This document shows positions 53,235 through 64,000 of a stretch of 64,000 bases of DNA, in pieces. The stretch comes from Camelus ferus. Its lineage: Eukaryota. A program made the translations under genes and the position numbers. The notes below the pieces were generated by a model. That model made no database searches. It was not told the origin of the DNA and saw only the letters and a list, made by a program, of their open reading frames with translations. The stretch lies in NCBI RefSeq assembly GCF_009834535.1, contig NC_045697.1:26848001-26912000 (forward strand). The letters are read 5' to 3'. Every line of letters starts with the position of its first letter. The stretch's first letter is position 1.

Positions 53235-54910
53235 AAAGGACTTCTGAGTAGGACTGCAATAACTTAAAAAAAATTATAAACATCCTATTTTTAAAGAGCT
53301 AGTAGAGATCTGGAAACAAAAATGTTTAAAGTTAAATTCCAAAGAGGAGAGTTGTTCTTGCTGAGCTGGCTTTATAGATAAAGTCTCAAAAGCATCAGCA
53401 ATTGTCATCATGAGACACTGGACAAGATGGAATGATACAAAGCTGGGAGGGAAAAGCTTCTACAACCTCTTTGTGTCTAGGAGACAGAGTCCACTAGAAC
53501 ATAACAGTAATTGTCTTGCCATTGAAACATTTTAATTAAAATAAAACTGATTAAAATTATAACCTAGTTGTACCCAGTTTCAATACTGAATAGATTGACA
53601 TGACTATCCTCTCACTCTGTATCAGTCTAACACAGAAACATGAACCCCTAAATAAAAGTTACATAAAATGCCAAGAATACAATGAAAATTACAAGACATG
53701 TGAAGAATCAAGAAAATGATTACTAAATGAGGAAAATTTAGATAATAGAAGTCAACCTCCCAGATGGCCAAGATGATGGAATTGGCAGTCAAAAACTATT
53801 AAATAACTGTTATAAATATGTTAATGAAAATAAAGGAAAAGATAGTTAAAAGGGATAAGATGGATAATTTCAAAGAAATGAAATCTATAAAAAAGAAATG
53901 GATATTTTAGAACAATATCTAAAATTAAAAACTTATTTGATGAGCTTAACAGTAGACTGAACACAGTGTAAGACTAGATTAGTGAACTCAAAGAGAAATC
54001 AATAGAAAATATCCAAATTGAAGCACAAATTGAAAAAAAACAAAAAAACAAAACAGGAAAAACAGAATAAAGCAGAAGAGACCTGTGAGGCACAGTCTCA
54101 CATAAGTGTAACTGGGGTCCCAGAAAAAGAGGATGGGAGAGAGATAACAAGTGAGAATTTTCCAAAACTGTTTAAAAGCATCAACCCACATGGATTCAAA
54201 AAGCTCAGTAAACCATAAGCAAGAATATTACACCTGATAACATTATAATAAACTGCTGAAAACCAAAATTAAAACTAAAAATCAATCGAAAGGAAAAAAA
54301 TCATTACCTTCAGAAAACAGACTTTTAGCTGATTTTTAATAAAGAAGCTTTGGAAATCAAAGGACAATGGAATATCATCTTTAAAGAGCTAAAATGAAAA
54401 AGACAACCAAGCTACATTGCCAAATGTAGTAAAAATATCCTGCAAAAGTAAAGACAAAATCATGATATTTTCAGGCAAAAGTAAAGACTTAGTCATCAGC
54501 TAACTCACATTTAAAGAAAAACTAAAAGGCCTTTTTCTGCCGTAGTGAAAATGACCATATAAAAGCTCAAATCCCTAAGAAGGAATTAAGAGCACTATAA
54601 AGGGTAAGATGAAAGAATATTGACTATGTTAAGCTACAGTAATAATGCTGTGTAGAGGTTATAACATAAGATAAAAAGGGCAAAAGGGAAAATGCAGTTC
54701 CCTCTTTTAAAGGTAGTCTTACATTATTTGGGAAGTGATAAATGTCCAAAGTTTAAGCTGTAAAAGGTCAAGAGTGAATACTGTAACATCCCTACATATA
54801 GGAAAACCACTAAAGAGGATTACAAAAAGACATAAAAATCTCATGGCAGAGACACAATAGAATACTAAAAATAATTCCTTTAAAAAGAGCCTGGAAAAGA
54901 AGAATGAAGC
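53235..54910 (+). mobile_element. Ancient L1 5'UTR/ORF1 remnant (host of the younger L1)
   Basis: aacagtagactgaacac...gattagtgaactc...gtaactggggtcccagaa...gagaattttccaaaactg (ORF1-like TGVPEKE..ENFPKL). Confidence 0.8.
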
Positions 54911-54916
54911 ATAATA

Positions 54917-57900
54917 GGTGGAGATGATGGCGGAGCAGGAAGACCCTCACCTTCTCTCATGGACGCATCAAGATTACACCTCTTTACAGAGCAACTATTG
55001 ATGAGAAAGACCAGAATCTAGGAGAAAAGAACTTCTACAACTAAAGAAGGAACCACAATGAGATAAGTAGGAGGAGTGTAGGCACAGTATAGTCAGGACC
55101 CATACACCTGAGTGGGCAACCCACAAACAGGTTAATTACCACTGCAGAAGTTCTCCCCAAGAAGCAACGGGTCTGAGCCCCACATTGGGCTCCCATGCCC
55201 AGGGGTCCTGCCCCAGGAAGACGGGCTCCTAGAACACTTGTTTTTGAAGGACAGTAGGGCTTACTTTTGGGAGACCCAGAGAGCTGTGGGAAATAGAGAC
55301 TCCATTCTTAAAGGGTGCACACAGAATCTCATGTGCTCCAGGACCCTGGGCAGAAGCACTAATTTGAAAAAAAAAACCTGGGTTAGACCCACGTGCTGAT
55401 CTTAGAGAGTCTCCTGGAGTGACAGAAGGTGACTGAAGCTCACTCTGGGGACACAGACACTGGCAGCAGCCATTTTTAGGAACTTATCCTACCACATGTT
55501 CACTGGTGCTGGCAAGTGCATTTTGTAATCCTTCCTCTAGCTTATTACCCTCAGGACCCAGTCCCACCCACCAGCCTGTAGGCACCAGAACTGGGATGCC
55601 TCAGGCCAAACAACTAGCTGGGCAGGGACACAGCCTACCCACCTGCTTTAAAATGCCTGAGCCCACAGCCACACTGGGACACAGACCTGTTCACCAGAGG
55701 GCCCAGGATGCAGACCTGGCCTCACACCACTGGGCAGGCACCAGCCCCGGGAAACCCTGGAACCTAGCCATGCCCATCAGCCCCAGAATCACAGCAGCCT
55801 TACGGCCAGCCACAGCAGGACCCATCCCACTCACCAGCAGGCCAGTACCAGCTCCAGGGCCTTGCAGCCAGAGATCCTAGGAACAGACTCTACCCACCAG
55901 TGAGCCAGCACTAGCCCCAAGACCCCATGGGCCTTTGACCCATACACAAGCAGTCTAATACCAGCTCTGAGTCCTCTGGGACCCTGGGACCCAGTATGCC
56001 TGCTAGTGGGCTGGCACTAGCCCCAGGTCCCAGCTTCACCTACCGATGGTCAGACAATAACCCTGGGATTCCCTGGACCCAACCTTGCCTCCCAGTGGGT
56101 GGTCACCATCACCAGGGCCAGTGCAGCCCCACAACCTGCCTTGTCAAGACCTAACCAACATACGGGCAGGCCAGCACTCTCCCAAGAACCCCCAGGGCTC
56201 AGGCCTTGTCCACAAGCAGATAAGTCCAGGTCTTCCTCAGTAAGTAGTGCCAAGATCCAGCGCCACCCACCAGGAAGGCTGACACCAGCTTTGGGACCCT
56301 CAGGGCCCTGCATCCAGAGAAACTAGGACCCAGCTCCATCAACCTGTGAGCCAGCACTAGCCCTGGGACCCCCCTCTGCCCTAGTCCCTGGCCCTGCCCA
56401 CCAGCACACCAGCACCAGCTCTAAGATACCAAGGACTCCTCAGCCATCCACCCTGGGATCCAGTACCACTCACCAGCAGACCAGCACCAGTTTTACCCCC
56501 AAACCTTCAGCTAGACATATCAGGAACAGCTCCACCCACAAGCAGGGCAACATTAGAGCTGGGAGCTCCTTCCCTGTAACCACCACTCTAGAACCTGACT
56601 CCACCCACCACTGAGTCGCCAGTAGCCCAGGTATCCCCAGGATTCCAAAGCCAGCCTCCTCGTGACTGGGTCCTGCCAACCAGTGGCTGGTAGCCTCTAA
56701 ATAAGGCAGGGCCTGGCAGCCAACCAGACCAGGGGCCAGCCGCAAAGGCTGACTACTGTGGGAGCTACCAGACCTCCCACAGTAGTCAGCCTGCCACAAC
56801 AGAAGGACCCACACAGCCCATATAGAGGTGCTCCTAGAGCATAGAGCTCTGGTGACCAGAAAGGAATGTGCTGCTGGGAAGCATAAAAAGTGTCCTACAA
56901 ATGGCCACTTCTCCCAGATCCAGAGGCATAACCAGCCTAGCAGATACATAGAAATACAAACAACAAATTAGGCAAAACAAGAGGACAAAGGAACATGCTT
57001 CAAATAAAGCAACAAGGTAAAACCTCAGAAGAACTAAGTGGAGATAAGCAATCTACCCAGTAAAGAGTTCAAAGTAATGACTGTAAAGATGATCAAAGAA
57101 CTCAGGAGAATGGGTGAACAGAATGAGAAGTTAGATGTTTTTAACAAAAAGTTAGAAAATATAAAAAACCAAACAGATATGAAGAATACAATAACTAAAA
57201 TAAAAAATACACTGAAGGGTATATGTATGTATATATATGGCTGAACTATACTTCAATAAAAGAAAAAAAACACTGAAGGGAAACAACAGTAGATTAAATG
57301 ATACAAAAGAACAGGTCAATGAACTTGAAGATAGAGTAATGGTAATTATTGAACAGAAAAAAGAATGAAAAATGAGGACAGGTTAAGAGACCTCTGGGAC
57401 AACACCAGTCGTACCAACATTTGGATTATAGGGTCCCAGAAGAAGTGGTGGAGAAAGGGGTGGAGAACATATTTGAAGACATAATAGCTGAAAACTTACC
57501 TAACTTGGAAAAGGAAACGGCCAGATTCAGAAATGACAGAGAGACCCAGACAGGATCAACCCAAAGGGGGCCAAACCAAGACATACTATAATTAAAATGG
57601 CAAAAATTAAAGATAAAGAGAGAGATTAAAAGCAGCAAGGGAAAAGCAACAACTTACACACAAGGGAATGCCCATAAGGATATCAGCTGACTTTTTAGCA
57701 GAAACTCTGCAGTCCAGAAGGAAGTGACAGAATATATTTAAAGCAATGAAAAGGAAAAGCCTACAACCAAGAACACTCTACCTGGCAAGGCTCTCATTCC
57801 TATTTGATGGAAAGATCAATAGTTTTATCGACAGGCAAAAGTTAAGAGTTTAGCACGACCAAACCAGCTTGACAAGAAATGTTAAAGGGACTTCTGTAAG

Positions 57901-60422
57901 TAAACAAAACAAAACAAAACATAACTAGAGACTTGAAATTACAAAAGGAAAAAGCTCAAGGAAAACTATAAAAGAAAAAAGGCAAATATACAGTAAAGGT
58001 AGTAAATCAACTACAAATAAGCTCATAGGAAGATTAAAAGACAAAAGTAGTAAAATCATCTATATCCACAATAAGCAGTTAAGGGATACATCAAACAAAA
58101 AGATGTAAAATATGATGTCAAAAACAGTAATCATGGAGGGACAGGAGTAAAAATACAGGGTTATTAAAATGCATTGGAAAGTAAGAGATCAGCAGCTTAA
58201 AACTATATCTATATGTGTATATGAGTGATATATATTGCTATATATAAACATCATAGTAACCACAAATAAAAAAATCTCTGATACACAAAAAACAGGGATC
58301 CAAACATAACATTAAAGATAGTCATCAAATCATAAGAGAAGAGAGCAAGAGAAGAGGAAAGGAACAAAAAAGAACTACACAACAACACCAAAACAATTAA
58401 CAAAATGGCAATAAGTACATACCTACCAATAATTACTTTAAATGTAAATAGACTAAATGTTCCACTCAAAGACAGAGTCACTGAATGGATATAAAAACAA
58501 AACCTGCATATATGCTGCCTACTTCAAGTCTAAAGACATACAGACTGAAAGTGAGAACATGGAAAAAGATATTCCATAGAAATGGAAATCAAAAGAAAGC
58601 TGGGGTAGCAATATTTATATCAGACAAAGTAGAATTTAAAACAAATACTGTAACAAAAGACAAGGGAGGACATTACATAATGATTAAGGGATCGATCCAA
58701 GAAGATGCAACAATTATAAATCTACAAGCACCCAACATAGAAGCACCTAAATACATAAAGCAAATATAAATAGACATTAATGGAGAAACTGACAGTAACA
58801 CAGTAATAGTAGGGGACTTGAACACCCCGTTTAAATCAATGGAGAGATCATTGAGACAGAAAATCAATAAGGAAACACTGGCCTTAAACGGCACACTAGA
58901 CCAAATGAGCTTAATAAATTATAGAAAATTTCATCCAAAAGCAGCAGAATGCACATTCTTTTCAATATGCACATGGAACATTCTCCATGGTAAGTCAAAT
59001 GCTAGGTCACAAAACAAGTTTTGATTTAAGAAAACTGAAATCCTATTAAGCATCTTTTCTCACTACAATTCTGTAAGAGTAGAAATCAACCACAAGGGAA
59101 AAACTGCAAAAAAACACAAACATGTGGAGGCTAAATAATATGCTACTAAATAACCAATGAATCACTGAAGAAATCAAAAAATACCTGGAGACAAATGAAA
59201 ACAAAAGCACAATGAGCCAAAATCTAGGGCATGCAGCAAAAGCAGTTCTAAGAGGGAAGCTTATAGCAATAAAAGCCTATCTCAGGAAATAAGAAAAATA
59301 TGAAACACTCTAACCTTATACCTAAAAGAACTAGAAAAAGAACAAATGAAACAGAGCAAAAATAAGTGAAATGGAGACTTAAAAAAATAGAAAAAAATCA
59401 AAAAAGCTAAGAGCTAGTTCTTTGAAAAGATTTTTTTTTAATGATAAACCTTTAGCCAGACTCATTAAGAAAAAAGAGAGAGGTCCCAAGTCAACAAAAT
59501 CAGAAATTAAAAAGGAGAAATTACAACTGACACCACAGACATGCAAAAGATCATAAAACATTACTATAAACAACTATACTCCAGTAAAATAGATAACCTA
59601 GAAGAAATGGACAATTTCCTAGAAATATACAATCTTCCAAAACTGAACCAGGAAGAAATAGAAAATATGAACAGTAATGAAATGGAACCAGGGATGAAAA
59701 GAAATCCCAACAAACAAAAGTCCAGGATCAGATAGTTTAACAGGTGAATTCTACCAAACATTTAGAGAAGAGTTAATACCTAGCCTTCTCAAACTATTCC
59801 AAAACATTGCAGAGGAAAGAACACTTATGAACTCATTCTGTGAGACCGGTATCACCCTGTTACAAAAACCAAAGATATATCACAAAACAAGAAAATTACA
59901 GGCCAGTATCACTGATGAACATAGATGCAAAAAATACTCAACAAAATATTAGCAAAATGAATTCACTTATACATTAAAAGGATTATACACCATGATCAAG
60001 TGGGATTTATACCAGGGACGCAAGGAAGGTTCAATACCCACAAATCAATCAATGTGATACACCACGTTAACAAACTGAAGAATGAAAATCATATGATCAG
60101 TTCAACAGATGTGGAAAAAAGGCTTTGACAAAGTTCTATATCCATTTATGATACTGACTTTTTTAAAAAAACCTCTCCACAAAGTGATAGTATCAGTGGA
60201 ACATACCTCAACATAATAAAGGCTATGTGTGATAAGCCTACAGCTAACATCATACTCAACAGTGAAAACCTGAAAGCACTTCCACTAATATGAGGAATAA
60301 GACAAAGATGACCACTCTTGCCACTTTTACTCAACATAGTATTGAAAGTCCTAGCCACAACAATCAGACAAGAAAAAGAAATAAAAGGTATCCAGATTGG
60401 GAGGGAAGAGGTAAAGCTGTCA
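54917..60422 (+). mobile_element. 5'-intact, 3'-truncated L1: ~2 kb 5'UTR, decayed ORF1 (~56975-57899) and decayed ORF2 (58405-60422)
   Basis: Starts ggtggagatgatggcgg. ORF1-like EISNLPSKEFKVMTVKMIKEL; endonuclease-like WKKIFHRNGNQKKAGVAIFISDK...GHYIMIKGSIQE; RT region [21 protein letters not shown]; multiple stops and frameshifts. Confidence 0.95.
57220..57269 (+). mobile_element. 50-nt L1 3'-tip insertion inside L1 ORF1
   Basis: Perfect TSD acactgaaggg at 57209-57219 and 57270-57280. Confidence 0.85.
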
Positions 60423-60554
60423 AGAGACTAGAAAAAGAAGAGAAAATTAAACCTAAAGAGATTCAAAGAAAAAGACACATTCATCAGAATACAGTCACTT
60501 TTAAAATACTTTCGAAGGTCCTCAGTACCTTTTTTATAGCTCTAAGGATAAAAG

Positions 60555-60960
60555 GGTGATAGAACTTTAGAGCTGGGAAAAACCTTGAGATCATTAAGTA
60601 ACCAAGGAGTTAAAAATCCTGCATTTTACACAGGTAAAAATTGAGACCCAAAGAAGTGAGGGAATCTGGTATTTCCTGAGCTCCTAAAATACACCAGCTG
60701 CTGTGTTGAGCACTTTTCAATACAGCTCCATTGAGGCCATTATTTCTCCAGCTCTATCAGTGAGGATGCTGAGACTTAAGCAGTTTCTGTAATTGACCCA
60801 AAGTCCTGCAAGTAGTAAGATATGCAGCCAGGATTCTGACCTAGGTCCCTTTAATTCCAAAGCCTATACTCTTCCTACAGTAAGACCCTAAATGGTTAAG
60901 TTAGAAGCCACGTGAGGCCTAGAATCCAAGTCCCTTTTCCCTAGTCTATTTCTACTTCCA
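60555..60960 (-). mobile_element. MIR fragments (nested)
   Basis: cattttacacaggtaaaaattgagacccaaaga and gatgctgagacttaag...cccaaagtc...gccaggattctgacctagg. Confidence 0.65.
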
Positions 60961-61399
60961 CTACAAAAATGAAAAAAAACAATGGCAAATTAATGCCCTG
61001 TTTCAATTCTGTGGGATTCTTTCACATACAGTTGAATGAGTCAGATAAAATTATCACTGATTTAGTATGCAGGGTGCTTTTCCCTAGTGGGGAATGAAGC
61101 TTTGTTGCCCAAGGCTTTATTAAAAGATTGCTTAAGCCAACCATTAAATTCTATGATAAACTTTGACTTTTTAAATCTAATTTCCCTGGACAGAGAAACT
61201 TGAAGCTGCCAAAATCTGTACTTGGAAATGCCACACATGCAAATTGTGAAAACAACAAAGATTTCTTAGGGCTTTTTTTTTCCTCACACTTACCCAGTAT
61301 TTACTCACAGTACAAGGTCCAGGTCTGCTATACCCAACCAACCTAAAGTCTCCATGTGATCCTGGATATGCACATTTCACAGCATTGCACAATAAAACA

Positions 61400-62100
61400 A
61401 CCAGCAAATGTATGTAGTGCCTATCATTTATGACTTGATGCCAAGCAGTATAGAAGTAACACGCTATCTCTATACTGTTAACTGTGCATTTAAACAGAGA
61501 GAGGGAGAGAGAGAAAAATGCGCATGCAGTTAAATATGATATAATTTGATAAATATGAAAATATGGTATTAAGCAAGTGCTGTGAGAGCCAGATGGAATA
61601 AGTTGCTCTGACTCTGTGCATCAGAAAAGACCTCCAGAGGAGGTGATGTTTGCCCTGAAGCTTTCCATCTTTAACACCTAAGGCTGGGGATATGCAGTGC
61701 CTTGATTGTCCAGAGACCAGCAGTTGCTGAATGTAGTTAGACTAGGCTTAATGACAGGGCAATGAGGGAACATGAGGCAAGAAATACAATTTGAGGCCCG
61801 GCCTCATAAGGAAGTTTCAGCTTACATTTGTTATCAGTGAGGAGGACATTCTGTTCAGATACGTTCCTCTGGAGGTGGTGTTGTGAAGAGGCTGGAGGTG
61901 AGACACCTAACTAGGCACCTAGCTAATGTCATGATCCAAGTGAAAGATAATCTGCTGTGGTAAGAGGTAAAATAGAGGGGAGGGCATAGATTAGAGACAT
62001 TTAAGAAATGGAATTGATGTTGACTAGTTAAAGGGGGTGGGTTGATGCAGAAAAATGAGTCAGAGGTGATTATGCCAGTACCCAGGGTGTTGGCTCTTCC
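61400..62100 (-). mobile_element. L2 fragment
   Basis: caaatgtatgtagtgcct...cagaaaagacctccagaggaggtgatgtttg...gagtcagaggtga. Confidence 0.6.
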
Positions 62101-64000
62101 ATCCATTCCACCATCATAGATGCTTAAGTATACACATAAATCACATTGCAGAGTAACCTACAATCCGCATTTACAAAAGGTGATTATTTGCTGAAAATAA
62201 AATCTGTACTGACCAACAAGAATGTATCATATTCATTACTCACAATCTCTGTTTTCTTCCCGATTCTTTTCTGTCTTTGTCTGGGAAGCGAGTGAAAATA
62301 GTAACCAAGAGTGGGTAAGGAGCAAGTTGAATCACAATATCTGTCTGTACCATCATAATTCTATGAACACTTCTCATATTGCTTTATATTTTTCTTCTTT
62401 ATAGTATCAGGGACAGAGCAATTTTGTAAACATCTGTCATAGGGCAAATGCAAAGAAGATTTTGTGGAGGTCAAAGCTGGTGTCCCAGCTTGGAAATACG
62501 CACAGATATAGGACAGCTTTGTGAGTCTTCTGTGTTATGGCCCTTTCTGTATTCTCAGCTGTCCAAAGCAGCCTCGGAAGTACCAGGAGGTGCTGCTCTT
62601 TCTCCTGTTCTTCCTCTTCCTTCCTTAGCACCTGAGATGCTGGAGGATGTGCATATCTAATTGTGGGATTATCATTAGTCCTGACCCCTTTCCTGCTTTG
62701 TTATGACAAGCTGCAAAACCACCTTCCCAGCCATTCTGCATATCTAAATGGCATGGTTTGAGGCAATTTAAATATTTTAGCATTTTTATTTATGTACAAA
62801 TGATATATGGAAGAGATAGGAGTTTTAATTAATTTTAACTTGGGGAAAGGGAATCTCTGCTAGTTTTTACCTGGTTTGGCATTTATACTTTGTCTGCTAT
62901 ACAAAAACATGTATTATTATTAATGAATGCTCCAAGTTTTCCAAACCCACTATTAAGATTAGTGTTGCTGGGCTAGAAACAAATATTCATACACTACCGG
63001 TAATATTATACATAATTTAAAGTGTACCTTGTCATGCAAATGGATTCAGCATGGTGCTTTCCCTCAACTGTAAAATTATTTTCTTGCCCCAAAATGGAGC
63101 AGGCTTGTGAATTTTTACGCAGCCTTGGAAGAGGCAGCTGAGTAAGCATTTGGGAGAGGCTTCAAATTCTGTCTCTGTGAAAATGGAATTAATTGGTCTC
63201 CAGCTTGAATCAGGTATAAATATAGAGGTGACCAAGATTCACCAGCAACAGGGAAGTAATCATATCTTTAATTGCCTAGTAGTCTCAAGGAAGTACTGGA
63301 CTCAACTTTTTCCAAACTATAGCAGATAAGTGTAAAAAAAAAATCTAGATTAGTCATTGCATCCATCTCTATACCTCATTTCTTTAAGAAAGGAATAATA
63401 ATGAGGCTAAACTTGATTTAAAATGTTCAGCTGGCCTTAAATTTTTACTAGTTTTGTAACTGTGTAATCTGGCATGGAAGTGGTGTTTGTCTTCCTGTGA
63501 GACCCTGTACAGTGCACGCCAGGGGTCTTAGTGCCTTCACAGGGACCACTGCATTTGTCTTTACTTTCTTACTAATCATAATTATTATGTTTTCTTTTCT
63601 AACTTCCTCTTATAAGTGGCTGAAATAGACTATTAAGAGTCTCTTTAATACAGTTCAGGATGGAAGGCTGTTCCTAGTAGTTTTTATCAGTGATATGATA
63701 ATGATTTCTGCTTTTATTCTAATTCAGTCTGTTGAATTTTCTCAGGAAATTGAGGAGGCAAGAGGCCTGCCTTTTCTCACTTTATCGTATATCATTGATA
63801 ATTATGGTTGGCACGAACTGGCTTACGTTTCTTTGAGGATACCAAGTGTCTCACCCAGTTCTCTTTTCTAACATTACAAACCAACCAACTGAATTTGTGT
63901 TCTACTTTTTTAGCCCCTGGAGAAAATGTTAAAACATGTTTTCCCCTTCTAACGAATTTTGCCCTTTAGTGCAGAATAATTTTTCCTTTCTTAAAAGTTT

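Noticed and set aside
55560..56700. CRISPR-like repeat-spacer appearance
   Set aside because: Repeats are highly degenerate with irregular spacing, lie inside a mammalian L1 5'UTR, and there are no cas genes.
56975..60422. Active or domesticated L1 ORF1/ORF2
   Set aside because: Multiple stops and frameshifts, an insertion in ORF1, and loss of the RT catalytic motif.
62435..62708. Small LTR/MITE bounded by tgtcata...tatgaca
   Set aside because: Only a 7-bp inverted match, no TSD, and no recognisable internal motifs.
1..64000. tRNA, rRNA, snRNA or snoRNA genes and additional NWD2 exons
   Set aside because: None recognised by eye; the flanking NWD2 exons appear to lie outside the window. An Infernal/Rfam scan would be needed to exclude small ncRNAs.

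Overview
Mammalian genomic DNA, about 38-40% GC by eye and CpG-depleted, lying entirely within the large introns of NWD2 (KIAA1239; NACHT and WD-repeat domain containing 2) on the + strand. Only two coding exons are present: 28259-28347 (89 nt) and 47332-47448 (117 nt). They splice in frame to ...DTGAERQALRENVYPKLREFCRENYGLEFQ|VIDLYWGIDEDEWDSPELQKTRMKLLEDCLKTSAGPCFV..., the N-terminal DUF4062/TIR-like region. Roughly half of the window is transposable elements: old and young L1 (including a 5'-intact, 3'-truncated ~5.5 kb copy), L2, MIR, L3/CR1, an ERV1-type solo LTR and DNA transposons (MER33, MER3, MER104-like, and a Tigger2-ended element with internal cargo). The young L1 3' ends look cetartiodactyl, and no Alu, B1/B2, Can-SINE, Bov-tA/BovB, CHR or PRE-1 SINEs were seen, which suggests a camelid (inference). 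No prokaryotic-type system, CRISPR array or RNA gene is supported. The best leads are the Pack-TIR-like Tigger element, a candidate POU4F1 enhancer, the apparent loss of the conserved DUF4062 glutamate in NWD2, and several unusual L1 insertions. Repeat family names come from recalled consensus sequences, and boundaries are approximate unless TSDs/TIRs are quoted.
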